Source of the DNA: Chlamydiota bacterium
GTDB lineage: Bacteria > Chlamydiota > Chlamydiia > Chlamydiales > RGXB01
Direction of reading: 5' to 3'
Assembly (NCBI GenBank): GCA_947494155.1
Contig: CANLTW010000003.1
Coordinates: 32,001-96,000 of the forward strand
Length of the DNA: 64,000 nucleotides
The notes under the pieces: generated by a model
Databases searched by the model: none
Told to the model about the DNA's origin: nothing
Seen by the model: only the letters and a program-made list of their open reading frames with translations
Part shown: positions 49,168 through 59,590 of the stretch, piece after piece
Position numbering within the stretch: the stretch's first letter is position 1
Layout: every line of letters begins with the position of its first letter
Translations under genes and position numbers: made by a program

Positions 49168-50473
49168 AAGTTTCCTTAAAATGTTTTTCTAAATTTTTGA
49201 GTCGTTCACGTAATTGGTTTGTAAGCTTTACTGTAGCCTCTTTCCCCTCGCCCTTCTCATGACCACTGATGTGTAGGGGTTTGGAAACAAGAACTGTGAT
49301 TTTCTTAAACAATGAGGGAAACCACTTACCTTTTGGCCATATACTATAAACACCACCAATGTAAATAGGAAGAACCTCTTTAAGCTTGCAATGCAAAATA
49401 ATCGACGTTATCCCAACCTTAAAGGGGAGAATCGTACCGTCAAAAGAGCGCATGCCTTCAGGGAATATCACAAGGGGACACCCTTTATGAATTGTTTTGT
49501 TGCAAAGACGAAAAAAATCTTTTGGCATATTTTGATCGTCAACAAGAATCAAGGGAAAAAACGAGGTAACAATTCGAATGAAAAAATTCTTTCGGACCAC
49601 CCTCTCACTTGCAACAAATACTGTCTTTGGCCCAAGCAGGGTGAGAAGAATTAGTGCATCATAAAAAGAGGTGTGATTTGCATAGACTAGTCCACTAAAA
49701 AATTTTCTGGAAAATTCTTCTCCCATCACCTTAAACCCATAGAAAAGCGAAAAAAAGCTCTTCAAAAATACACAGATCCAAGTGCGGATCAGGCTAGGCT
49801 GTACAGAGAACTTTTTTTTTATCTCTATGAACATCTCCTCACATACCTCGTCAGTAGTGTAAGAGGTGGTATCAATAAAAAAGGCGTCATCGGGGCGTAC
49901 AAGCGGATCAATCTTCCGTTTGGAATCCTGTTCATCTCTCAACCGAAGCTGCTCAAGAACTTTCTCAAAACTAGTATCGATCCCCATAGTTTTCTGCTCG
50001 AGCTCTCTACGTTTAGCTCTGGATTCTAAAGTAGCTGTCAAAAAAAACTTCACATCGGCTAGCGGAAACACTTTGGACCCTAAATCTCTTCCATCCGCGA
50101 TAAAATCCCCTTTATTAGAGATCTCTTGAAGGTTGTTATTAACAAAACTTCTTACAGATTTTTGCTTGGCGATAAAGGAGGCTTTCATAGCTACAAGCTC
50201 TTTTCTCAAAAAAGGGGTAACCTCTAAATCATTGAAATAATAGCGAGCAAAACTCCCCTCATACACAAGTTTTAGTTTAGCCGATTGTAAAAAAGCGCTC
50301 AAAAAGGTCTCGTCCTCCGAAGCTACCCCTTTTTCGATTAAAAAAGCTGCGATCGACCGGTAAAATGCCCCCGAATCCAGGTAGTTTATACCCAGTCTTT
50401 GAGCAATTTTTTTGGCCAAAGTGGATTTTCCCGAGGCGCTTGGGCCATCTATTGTGATTATGAAATGAGCCAT
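49151..50473 (-). CDS. cmk: Fused cytidylate kinase / 1-acyl-sn-glycerol-3-phosphate acyltransferase (Cmk-PlsC)
   Basis: N-half DGPSASGKST, DSGAFYR, DGRD, RDEQD; C-half NHTSFYD (HX4D), FPEG.RS, FKVG. Confidence 0.9.
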   Translation of the reverse strand: MAHFIITIDGPSASGKSTLAKKIAQRLGINYLDSGAFYRSIAAFLIEKGVASEDETFLSAFLQSAKLKLVYEGSFARYYFNDLEVTPFLRKELVAMKASFIAKQKSVRSFVNNNLQEISNKGDFIADGRDLGSKVFPLADVKFFLTATLESRAKRRELEQKTMGIDTSFEKVLEQLRLRDEQDSKRKIDPLVRPDDAFFIDTTSYTTDEVCEEMFIEIKKKFSVQPSLIRTWICVFLKSFFSLFYGFKVMGEEFSRKFFSGLVYANHTSFYDALILLTLLGPKTVFVASERVVRKNFFIRIVTSFFPLILVDDQNMPKDFFRLCNKTIHKGCPLVIFPEGMRSFDGTILPFKVGITSIILHCKLKEVLPIYIGGVYSIWPKGKWFPSLFKKITVLVSKPLHISGHEKGEGKEATVKLTNQLRERLKNLEKHFKETYECRI

Positions 50474-51273
50474 CAGAACCTAAAATAGGCGAAAAGTATA
50501 GGTGTTGTAAACAATAACGAATCAATCAGATCCAAAACACCACCCAAGCCCGGTATCTGATTACTATCTTTAACATGGGCATCTCTTTTCAGCACCGACT
50601 CAGCTAAATCACCAAGTTCAGCCGCAACCCCTAAAATAAAACCCAAAAATAGCGCTTCGTTTGTAGAGATTTTAACGTAGGAGGCTAATAAAAGACTTAC
50701 AGCTATTGCCCCTAATAGTCCAAAAACAGCTCCAACAACAGTTTTTGAGGGGCTGATTGTGGGTGCAAGTTTTCTTTTCCCAAAAAGGCGACCCATAAAG
50801 TAGCCTCCAATATCTACAACCTTTGTTACAGCTACAAGGTAGATAACTAAAGCCATATCCCCTTTTGACCCTATCCCCTCTGGATACAAAATCGAGAGGA
50901 TCATCCCAATAGGGACGAGAATATACAGCATCGCAAAGGAGCCGCAGGCAACTCTGTAGATGGCTCCATCAATAAACAAAAAATTATAAACAAAAAAGCC
51001 CAAAAAAAGGAGGATAAGCCAAATCCAGGAGGGAAAAAGAAAAAAGGCGACCGGCCAGAATACCCCAATAGAGGCCAAAAGATATTTCGAGGGGGGATCT
51101 CCTTTATGTTTAACTAAAGCAACATATTCAATCATGGCGGCCATGGTAATAGTAGCCACAAAAAGAATAGTCAAAAATTGCACAGGCCAATAGTCGGCGC
51201 CAAAAAAACTGATTACTAGCATCAATATGATGCCTGAAGACATCGTTAATCGTTTAGCTAAGTCGTGAAACAT
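50473..51273 (-). CDS. cdsA: Phosphatidate cytidylyltransferase
   Basis: ISPSKT, GDLAESVLKR..VKDS..IPGLGGVLD..DS; multiple TMs. Confidence 0.95.
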   Translation of the reverse strand: MFHDLAKRLTMSSGIILMLVISFFGADYWPVQFLTILFVATITMAAMIEYVALVKHKGDPPSKYLLASIGVFWPVAFFLFPSWIWLILLFLGFFVYNFLFIDGAIYRVACGSFAMLYILVPIGMILSILYPEGIGSKGDMALVIYLVAVTKVVDIGGYFMGRLFGKRKLAPTISPSKTVVGAVFGLLGAIAVSLLLASYVKISTNEALFLGFILGVAAELGDLAESVLKRDAHVKDSNQIPGLGGVLDLIDSLLFTTPILFAYFRF

Positions 51274-52000
51274 ACTGGGCATCGCCACCTCTCCTTCGAC
51301 TTCTTTGTTGATAATCTATGAGGGCCTCCTCGAAGTCATCCACCGTAAATTCGGGCCACATTTTTTTTGAAAAAAATAGTTCTGCATAGGCGATCTGCCA
51401 AAGCAAAAAATTACTCACTCTCATCTCCCCGCCTGTGCGTATCACTAGGTCTGGATCGGGCATATCAGGAAGATCTAGATATTGGCGGAAGTGCTGTTCG
51501 CTCAAAAGATTTAAATCTCCTGCGTATTGGTTCTTAGCTTTTGCTGCTGCTCGCAAAATTTCGTCCCTGCCACCATAGTCCAATGCAATATTGAGAACCA
51601 TTGTTGTCCCTTTTGAGGTTTTAGCCACCGCATCCTCTACAGACTTTTTTAAAAACGAGGGGAGGCGGTCTAGCCTTCCTAAAATATGGATGCACACCCC
51701 CTGCTCGCACAATAAATTAATGTGATCACCCAAGAAATCATCCATAAAAGAAAAGAGAGCACCCACCTCTTGTGGATCTCTTATCCAGTTTTCTGTAGAA
51801 AAAAAGTACATGCTAAGCATAGGCAGCTTATTTTGAATTGCAAATGTGATCGTCTCTTTGACTCTATCTGCGCCAAGCTTGTACCCCTCAATTACAGGAA
51901 GTCCACGTGAAGCAGCCCACCTTCTATTTCCATCCAAAATGAGTGCGACGTGGTTTAAAATTGTCAATTCTTGACCTCTTAAAAGGCTCAACTGTAGCAA
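51254..52000 (-). CDS. uppS: Undecaprenyl diphosphate synthase
   Basis: ILDGNRRWA, FSTENW, YGGRDE, IRTGGEMRVSNFLLWQ; start uncertain. Confidence 0.96.
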   Translation of the reverse strand: MLQLSLLRGQELTILNHVALILDGNRRWAASRGLPVIEGYKLGADRVKETITFAIQNKLPMLSMYFFSTENWIRDPQEVGALFSFMDDFLGDHINLLCEQGVCIHILGRLDRLPSFLKKSVEDAVAKTSKGTTMVLNIALDYGGRDEILRAAAKAKNQYAGDLNLLSEQHFRQYLDLPDMPDPDLVIRTGGEMRVSNFLLWQIAYAELFFSKKMWPEFTVDDFEEALIDYQQRSRRRGGDAQYVSRLS

Positions 52001-52242
52001 ATTCTACACAAAAACCTCAACCCTATTTGTTAGCCTCGTGTTGCACGAAAAATAAAGAGATTTTTTGAGGGAAATTTTACATACCTCGGCCTACATCCCC
52101 CGAATGTAAAACGTTCAAAGACATTTACCTTAAGTAACACCTAAAGAATCTTTATAAGATTGAAGATTACGGGCTTAAACAAAGATGGATAGCTTCAAGA
52201 TCGCCCCCCAATATCTAGAAAGAACAAAGCCTCATTTAAGGG

Positions 52243-52271
52243 TAGACAGAATCTTGTTTTAGATGTATTCT
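52243..52271 (+). promoter_or_regulatory. Promoter of secDF-recJ
   Basis: TAGACA, 17 nt, TATTCT. Confidence 0.5.
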
Positions 52272-52290
52272 AAGCTTTAAATTTCATGAA

Positions 52291-55200
52291 ATGGTCTTGT
52301 TTTCTATGGAGAAACAGAAACGTTGGCACTCTTGGTTGATCGCAACCGTTAGTCTTTTAACTGTCTACAATATCTTACCGACTATCCTTTTTTACGCAAA
52401 CCCTCTCTCGGACAAAATCGGTGCAAAAAAAGCGATCGAAATTCAGAACTCCATCGCTGACAGAGTCAATAGACTCGAGTCTGATTCAACCGACTGGATC
52501 TACTCTTTTAGTCAGCTTATTGGCGTGAAAATCAAATCAGTCGAGATAGACCCGGTTTTTAGCGACAAGCTTGAGATCACCTTCAACCAATCAGAAGACG
52601 CGAAAAAATTTACGCAAATTTTTCCAAGAGCTGGAAGCCTTATCCCCTTTTATCCTGCCCAGCTCACTCTAGGAGCTGAAAGCTTTGACCCCCTTAAGGT
52701 GGAAATTCAACGAAAGATCCCATTACATCTTGGTCAGCAGCAAAGACAGGAGATGTTCCGTTTTGTTGAAAAATTTGATGACAATCAGGAGCCGACTGCA
52801 GAGTGGCGCCAAATTGCTCTTGACCGCGTTTTTCAGGTAGCAAACTCAATGGGGGGGATTTCTGAGGCTGCAGAGCTGGTAACCGTTTCTACAGCCAACA
52901 GCCAAGATCCTAGAGCAGAAGAGCCCCTTTTGCAATACGTCAACACCCTTTTAGACTACAAGTCCGCTTTTGGTGAAAATGCAGCTGCCACAAAACGCTT
53001 TATCTCTTCACTCACACAAGCGCCAATGGCAGACAAATCGAGCCTTGGATACGCTCTCATGGAGTCCCTTTCCCAACTCAAAGATAAATGTCAAAAAGAG
53101 CGAGTGGGGCTACAAGAGTCTTCTTCAGCAGAAGAATCTAAAAGTTTTACCTCCGATGCCTCTAAAGATAAAATCCAGCAACTGCTTCATAAAGAGCATC
53201 AGATGCGCGACGCGCTCTACATGGTGAAAAACCACCTTCGGGATTTTCACCAGGGTGCAGCCCCCCTAACTTACGACGCTGTGGAGGCCTCCTTTGCCAA
53301 GCACGGACAGATACTTTTAAATAAAAATAACCCCCTTTTTTCCAGCATCCAGCTTGATCTAGAAAAAGAGCAGATTGTATTAATTCCCCATCCGGATGTT
53401 CTAGATATTTTGAACAAATCTAGCGATACAAAAAAAGAGGCGATTCACTCCCTTTTCTACAAAGAACTTGCACGCGTTTCTAAGGAGACTCAAGAGGAAT
53501 TTAAACCTCTTGGAACAAACTTTGTATCGATGCTCTCCACTTTATCCTCCACAAAATCTTTGCTTGTTTTCCAGGCAAAACCCATTTTGCAAAAAGCGAT
53601 TGATAAAGCTGTATATCGCCTCAACGCGTTCGAGCCACAAACAGTCGATTTGAAGCGAGAAAATTATCCTGTTGTCCCCTTTCACGAGTATCATCTCCAG
53701 CCCCCTGAACAAAAGACTTTTGAGATTGTAGCGTATGCCCCTGGGCTTGAGGGAAAATTTCCTATTGGCGGGTTCAAAGCCGATTCGTGCTACCTTATCT
53801 TCAAAGATTTCTACAAGATCTATAACAAATACGCTGCTCTCAAAAATGAGACCGCCCGTGCTTTTAACGAAGATCTCAAACAGCTGATGGGGCTTTTGCA
53901 ACAGCAAGGTTTCCAGGCCTATCCGGGAGCTGCTTTGCACCTTAGCCGAGAGTTCCAAAATGACCTCGTTTTTGAATTGCCTCAGGTAATAGAGCCCATG
54001 ATTGTCGCTAGCCGGGAGGCATTCCAACTGAAAGGATCGAAAACATTTGCCTTTTTAGAGCTTTCTGACGTGCGTCAACGCATTTTAACGCAAAATCAGA
54101 TTGAGTCAAAAGAGCAAGAGGAGCTATTGCGAGCTAACGATCTGTATAACGCGAGCCAGATTGATCTCACCCAGCGTACCTATTTTGACGCCCCAAAACC
54201 GACCCGTTCCGCCCTTTGGAACAATTTAGTTATCTCCGTAAAAAAATATTTCAGAGGCGATGACAGAAAAGTATTGAAGTGGGGTCTTGATTTATCTGGT
54301 GGAAAAACAGTTGAAATTCAGCTTAAAGATCCCTCTGGAAAAACGGTGACTAATGAGTTTGACCTTAAACAGGGTGTAAACGAGCTTTTTAACCGTGTGA
54401 ACAAGATGGGTGTTTCAGAGGTCTCGATCCGAATCGAGGGCTCCAACATCATCCTTGACTTTCCCGGATCACAAGATATTTCCGCAAGCGACCTCATTCG
54501 CTCCTCCTCGATGACGTTCCATGTTGTCAACGAGAAGTTCTCTGTAATGAACCCCTCCCTAAGAGACGCTTCCAACCGTTTCTTACAGGACGTGTGGAGT
54601 GAAGCAATTGTTAAAGGGAAAAAAGAGGCTGAAGAGATTCACCAAATTGCCTACGCCCATCTTTATGGGGATAATGGAAGCGCAGCAAGCCCTAGCCCAA
54701 AAACCGAGTCTGCAAGAGCTCTTTTCGAGGCGGGCCTTGAGCTAGCTCCTGTGGATAATGGAAGCTACAACACCTTCGATGATACGCTAAGTAAAATTGC
54801 CCTTTTGAAAGGGGAGGGACCAAACGCCTGGGGAGGGCAATCCCATCCCTTATTGATTGTTTTCAATAATTACGCTCTTGAGGGATCTTCACTTGAGGGA
54901 GTGCATGCTTCATACGATCCCAAAAATGGAAACTTCCTTTCGTTTGAGGTAAAAAACTCAAAAAAGAGCTACAAAGGTGAGGTCGAATCGCCTCAAGCCT
55001 TGCTATCGAACTGGACCAAAGTTTTTTGCCAAGATAAAGTCTTGGGCACAGAACTGGAGCACTATTCCCATGCCAAAGGCTGGAGAATGGCCGTGATTTT
55101 GAACGGGAGTGTAATTTCTTCTCCAAGCTTGAATGCCGAGATCAAAGATAAAGCGATGATCACCGGAAACTTTACTCAAAGGGAGGCCAACAAACTCGAG

Positions 55201-56814
55201 TCAGACCTTAGAGCCGGTTCCTTGACCTATACGCCCCACATCTTATCAGAAAACAACGTCAGTCCGGAGTTAGGAATCAAAGAGCGCACTCAAGGGATTG
55301 TTGCAGCTGTGGCAGCGCTTGTCCTTGTAGTCGTTGTAATGTGCTCATACTACCGCTTTTTTGGGCTAGTTGCCTCCCTTGCCGTCCTCTTCAACCTTCT
55401 AATTCTATGGGCTGTTCTCCAAAATATCGGAGCTTCTCTCACACTTGCTGGGATCGCAGCGATTGTTTTAACGATAGGGATGTCGGTCGATGCGAACGTT
55501 CTTGTATTTGAGAGGATCCGGGAAGAATTCAAGGTACACAACAACCTCCTTGTTGCTGTGCATAATGGATTTACAAGGGCTTTTTCAGCGATTGTGGATT
55601 CAAACGTGACAACAGTTATAGCAGCCCTTATTTTGATGAATTTCGATGCAGGGCCGGTTAAAGGGTTTGCGCTCACTTTGATCATAGGTGTAGTATCCTC
55701 GATGTTTACAGCCTATTTCACCACAAGAGCTTTTTTGTATCGCTGGGTGAACAGAAATGCCGACAGACCTCTAAAAATAGGGAAATGGATCGAAAGTACT
55801 AAGATACCGTTTTTGAAACTTTCGGTTCCTGTAACAGTTTTTAGTCTTGTAATCACGCTGTTTGGGGGGTATTCACTCTACCAAAACCAGGCAAATATTT
55901 ACGGGATGGACTTCACGGGTGGCTATTCGATGATGATCGAAGTGGCGTCGCATAAAAATGGTGGTGCAAAACTTGCCGTGGAACAAGCGCTCAAAAAGGC
56001 CTCTATCCATACTCAAGAGGTTCAAGTACGAGAACTCTCCGATCCCAACACCTTGAGGATTTTTTTAGCAAAATCTTTGGATGAGCAATCCAGGCCTTTC
56101 TACGGAATGCCGTTAACCCAAGATGTATCTCAGCTCGACTACTTCTACCAGATGAATCCCCGCTTGAACACGATCATGGAATCTCTACAAAATGGTGGTG
56201 TCAAAATTTCGGATACTTCATTAAAAGAGGTTCACTTCACCTTCAAAAGCGTCAGCGGACAAATGTCAGATGCGATGAGAAAAAATGCATCGGTAGGTTT
56301 ACTGATCGCATTACTAGCTATCCTCGTGTACATCACTCTGCGCTTTGAGTTCAAATATGCGATCAGCGCAACTTTAGGTCTATTGTATGATATTGTGGTA
56401 ACCTTATCGATTCTTGCTGTGCTCCACCAAGTGGGTTTACCTATACAAATTGATCTCAACGCTGTAGCCGCCCTCATGACGATAGCAGGGTATTCACTCA
56501 ACGATACGATTATTGTATTCGACAGAATTCGTGAGGATCAAAGATTGCAAGGTAAAGCTGGCTTTAAAGAGCTTGTGAACCGCTCTTTGAACGTTACTCT
56601 TTCACGGACACTTCTCACCTCCTCGACTACACTACTCGTTCTAGTTTGTATGGTGATTTTTGGAGGAAGCAGTATTTTCGGGTTTTCTCTATTGATGTCT
56701 ATTGGAGTTGTTGTGGGAACTTTGTCCTCCTTCTTCATTTCTAGTTTGCTCTTAGTCTTTTTTGATTCTTATGAGAGCAAAAAAGCAAAGGCTTTGGAGG
56801 AGCAAAACTCTTGA
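52291..56814 (+). CDS. secDF: Fused SecD/SecF with a large chlamydial N-terminal extension
   Basis: GLDLSGG, GMSVDANVLVFERIREE, GMDFTGG, GYSLNDTIIVFDRIRE. Confidence 0.96.
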   Translation: MVLFSMEKQKRWHSWLIATVSLLTVYNILPTILFYANPLSDKIGAKKAIEIQNSIADRVNRLESDSTDWIYSFSQLIGVKIKSVEIDPVFSDKLEITFNQSEDAKKFTQIFPRAGSLIPFYPAQLTLGAESFDPLKVEIQRKIPLHLGQQQRQEMFRFVEKFDDNQEPTAEWRQIALDRVFQVANSMGGISEAAELVTVSTANSQDPRAEEPLLQYVNTLLDYKSAFGENAAATKRFISSLTQAPMADKSSLGYALMESLSQLKDKCQKERVGLQESSSAEESKSFTSDASKDKIQQLLHKEHQMRDALYMVKNHLRDFHQGAAPLTYDAVEASFAKHGQILLNKNNPLFSSIQLDLEKEQIVLIPHPDVLDILNKSSDTKKEAIHSLFYKELARVSKETQEEFKPLGTNFVSMLSTLSSTKSLLVFQAKPILQKAIDKAVYRLNAFEPQTVDLKRENYPVVPFHEYHLQPPEQKTFEIVAYAPGLEGKFPIGGFKADSCYLIFKDFYKIYNKYAALKNETARAFNEDLKQLMGLLQQQGFQAYPGAALHLSREFQNDLVFELPQVIEPMIVASREAFQLKGSKTFAFLELSDVRQRILTQNQIESKEQEELLRANDLYNASQIDLTQRTYFDAPKPTRSALWNNLVISVKKYFRGDDRKVLKWGLDLSGGKTVEIQLKDPSGKTVTNEFDLKQGVNELFNRVNKMGVSEVSIRIEGSNIILDFPGSQDISASDLIRSSSMTFHVVNEKFSVMNPSLRDASNRFLQDVWSEAIVKGKKEAEEIHQIAYAHLYGDNGSAASPSPKTESARALFEAGLELAPVDNGSYNTFDDTLSKIALLKGEGPNAWGGQSHPLLIVFNNYALEGSSLEGVHASYDPKNGNFLSFEVKNSKKSYKGEVESPQALLSNWTKVFCQDKVLGTELEHYSHAKGWRMAVILNGSVISSPSLNAEIKDKAMITGNFTQREANKLESDLRAGSLTYTPHILSENNVSPELGIKERTQGIVAAVAALVLVVVVMCSYYRFFGLVASLAVLFNLLILWAVLQNIGASLTLAGIAAIVLTIGMSVDANVLVFERIREEFKVHNNLLVAVHNGFTRAFSAIVDSNVTTVIAALILMNFDAGPVKGFALTLIIGVVSSMFTAYFTTRAFLYRWVNRNADRPLKIGKWIESTKIPFLKLSVPVTVFSLVITLFGGYSLYQNQANIYGMDFTGGYSMMIEVASHKNGGAKLAVEQALKKASIHTQEVQVRELSDPNTLRIFLAKSLDEQSRPFYGMPLTQDVSQLDYFYQMNPRLNTIMESLQNGGVKISDTSLKEVHFTFKSVSGQMSDAMRKNASVGLLIALLAILVYITLRFEFKYAISATLGLLYDIVVTLSILAVLHQVGLPIQIDLNAVAALMTIAGYSLNDTIIVFDRIREDQRLQGKAGFKELVNRSLNVTLSRTLLTSSTTLLVLVCMVIFGGSSIFGFSLLMSIGVVVGTLSSFFISSLLLVFFDSYESKKAKALEEQNS

Positions 56815-58562
56815 TACCCCTCACCCCCAAAAAACAGGAGATAGCGTGGGTTTTCCCTAAGGAAAACCCCCCTCTTGTACAGAGAATTAACCGCGAATTC
56901 AATATCAATCCAGTCACGGCTCAGATCCTTGTCAGTCGCGGGTTTAGTTCTATGGTGGAGATCCATCATTACCTGTATGCCAAACTTCCAGATCTCTACT
57001 CCCCATCGCTGATGCCTCAAATCGACCAGGCGGTCGACAGGCTCTATCGTGCGATCCAGGACAAGGAATCGATCCTGGTTTTCGGGGATAATGATGTGGA
57101 TGGAATCACAGGAACCGTTCTTCTGACCGACTTTTTTAGACGCCTGGGTGTAACAGCTTTTTACAGCGTACCCAATCGTAACCAGATCAAAGAGAGCTTA
57201 ATGAGCGATGCGATTGAGACCGCTTTGGAAAAGGGGTGTAAGCTTATCATTACTGTCGATTGTGGTCTAACCTCCACAGACGAGGTGGAGAGAGCCGATC
57301 GCTACGGAATCGATGTGATCGTGACGGACCATCATGAACCCGGCTCGCAGAATCTTCGCTGCGTTGCTACTCTCAATCCTAAGTTGCACCACAGCACCTA
57401 TCCCAATAGAGACCTGACCGGTGTGGGGGTTGCATTCAAGCTTGCCCATGCCCTACTCAGCTTTTTATCCGTAAAAGGGACGATCGATCCAGAAGAGATC
57501 GATCTTAAAGACATGCTTGATATTGTTGCCATTGGAACAGTGGCTGATATGGGTTCATTGAGGGGGGAAAATAGGATTCTGGTGCGCTACGGGCTCAATC
57601 AAATCCCAAAAACAGGGCGGATCGGTCTGCTAAAACTTCTCAACCTCTCCGATTTGAATGCCGAGACAATTACTACTGGAGATATCGCTTCCAAGCTCGC
57701 CCCAAGGCTTAACAGTTTGGGGAGGATCTCCGATCCCATGAAAGGGGTAGAGCTCCTTTTAACACGTGATTTCAACGTCGCAACCCACCTGGTCGATTTT
57801 ATTGATAAAAAGAATCAGGAGAGGCAAAAAATCGAAAGACGCGATTCGTTAGAAATCGAAAAAATGATCGAGCAGCACCCTGACCTTCTAGAGGGAAAAG
57901 CGATTGTCTTGTTCTCAAAGACCTGTCACCCGGGGATCATCGCGATTATAGCTGCGAGGATGTCAAAGCTTTATAACCGGCCAACCGCGGTGATCACAGA
58001 GGATAAAGGGGTTTTAAAAGCAAGCGTAAGAACCATACCCGAATTTCCGATTCTACCCGTATTGCGTGAAAATGAATCGATTTTGATGAATTATGGCGGG
58101 CATGACTATGCAGCCGGATTTACTATCTCCCCCGAAAAATTTCCCCTTTTCAAGGAGCGTTTCATTCTTGCAGCGGAGCGGTCACTTTCCGATAAAGATC
58201 TTTTTCCTAAGCTTTTGATCGATGCAAAGGTCTCTTTCAAAGATCTTACCTTCGATTTCTTGGAATCTTTGTCCCTTTTAGAGCCTTTTGGTGTCGATAA
58301 TCCTGCCCCTACCCTTTTTTGTGAAGCAGATCAGATATTTCCCCCAAAAGTAATTGGAAAAGTGCATCTGAAGTTTTATTTAGAGGAGAATGGGCGTCAA
58401 CTTGAAGGAATCGGGTTCAATCTAGCTTCAAGACGCACCGAATTGATCAAAAAGAAAGGCTCGCGGTTGATCGTGGCTTTTACACCTACCATCAATTCGT
58501 ACCAGGAAAAAACCAGCATTCAATTGCAGATTAAAGATTTCCAAGTACTCCCGCGAGCCTAA
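56811..58562 (+). CDS. recJ: ssDNA exonuclease RecJ
   Basis: GDNDVDG, TVDCG, TDHH, GTVAD, PRLN, GGH..AAG, LEPFG.DNP. Confidence 0.97.
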   Translation: MIPLTPKKQEIAWVFPKENPPLVQRINREFNINPVTAQILVSRGFSSMVEIHHYLYAKLPDLYSPSLMPQIDQAVDRLYRAIQDKESILVFGDNDVDGITGTVLLTDFFRRLGVTAFYSVPNRNQIKESLMSDAIETALEKGCKLIITVDCGLTSTDEVERADRYGIDVIVTDHHEPGSQNLRCVATLNPKLHHSTYPNRDLTGVGVAFKLAHALLSFLSVKGTIDPEEIDLKDMLDIVAIGTVADMGSLRGENRILVRYGLNQIPKTGRIGLLKLLNLSDLNAETITTGDIASKLAPRLNSLGRISDPMKGVELLLTRDFNVATHLVDFIDKKNQERQKIERRDSLEIEKMIEQHPDLLEGKAIVLFSKTCHPGIIAIIAARMSKLYNRPTAVITEDKGVLKASVRTIPEFPILPVLRENESILMNYGGHDYAAGFTISPEKFPLFKERFILAAERSLSDKDLFPKLLIDAKVSFKDLTFDFLESLSLLEPFGVDNPAPTLFCEADQIFPPKVIGKVHLKFYLEENGRQLEGIGFNLASRRTELIKKKGSRLIVAFTPTINSYQEKTSIQLQIKDFQVLPRA

Positions 58563-58590
58563 ATCCTCTAATCAAGGTTAGAGGCTAGTT

Positions 58591-59040
58591 TTAGCCAACA
58601 AGCGCTTCAGATGAGACTGTTGCTAAGAATTTTTCTTTGTAGAGATTTACATCTTCTACGCTGATAACCCATGCAGCACCTTTTCTGTGAGCTTTTAGCA
58701 TCCCTACGCGTGTAGCGTAATAGATCTTCTGTGCCGGCACTTGCAACATTTTAGCTACCTGACCAACAGAGAAATAGCCTTTGTTGTTGTCAAAAAGCAA
58801 TTCACCATTAAACGTAGATTTCAATCTAGAATATTTTTGGTTTCTATAGTCTTCCAGATCCTTGAGGCTGATTGTCCAACGTGTTGAGTGCTTATAAGCC
58901 TTAAGCTTTTTTTGCTTAATAGCTACATAAATCGCTTGTCTTGTTACATTGTTAATACGAGCCGCCTCAGTAATAGAAACAAAACCTGGCGGTGTATCAG
59001 TTGCAACATCTTGCATTGTTTGTTGATGGAAATTTTCCAT
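58591..59040 (-). CDS. euo: EUO, chlamydial developmental repressor (tandem HTH)
   Basis: SITEAA..NVTRQAIYVAIKQKKLKA, FDNNKG.FSV.QVAKML.VP.QKIYYATR.G; convergent with recJ as in Chlamydia. Confidence 0.95.
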   Translation of the reverse strand: MENFHQQTMQDVATDTPPGFVSITEAARINNVTRQAIYVAIKQKKLKAYKHSTRWTISLKDLEDYRNQKYSRLKSTFNGELLFDNNKGYFSVGQVAKMLQVPAQKIYYATRVGMLKAHRKGAAWVISVEDVNLYKEKFLATVSSEALVG

Positions 59041-59590
59041 TTTTTTGTTTCTCCATTAAAAAAATTGTTTAAAAAGCCCCCGGTTTCGCTCGAGAAATAG
59101 TGTTTTCGAAATATCGTAATTCGTAACTCTTTTGGCCTTTTAGGTTGTTAATTCTTCCATAAAAAAGAATTGAATTCAATAGAATTTGATAAATTTTCTA
59201 GGGTGATTACTTTAATCTTTTAACTTTCTTAATTTAATTATTGAAAATTAATTAGTTATGACAACGGGTTATAACTCGAAAATTTTTGATGGACCCCATA
59301 AAAATTTTTCCGGGCGCAAAAGCCCCCTTAATCAGTAATAACTTTTACAGAACAAGGTCTCGAAAAAGGCATTTTTTTTAATTTTAAAAGAAGACTGTGC
59401 GAAGACTTTCTTAACGCAATAAGGCTGAATGTGTTAAATTTCTCGTGAACTCCTTTCAAACCCCTCTTTCAAGCAATATAACCGATAAGCCGGCTTTTTT
59501 TTAGCTTCTGGCGTTGGGGTCGATCGTGTTTTCTCACGAGCAGGAAAATTTTCTAGATCAATTTTCCCTAAATCGTTAAGTGAGAGGACT

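Noticed and set aside
52291..56814. Very large SecDF with ~650 extra N-terminal residues
   Set aside because: Typical of chlamydial SecDF
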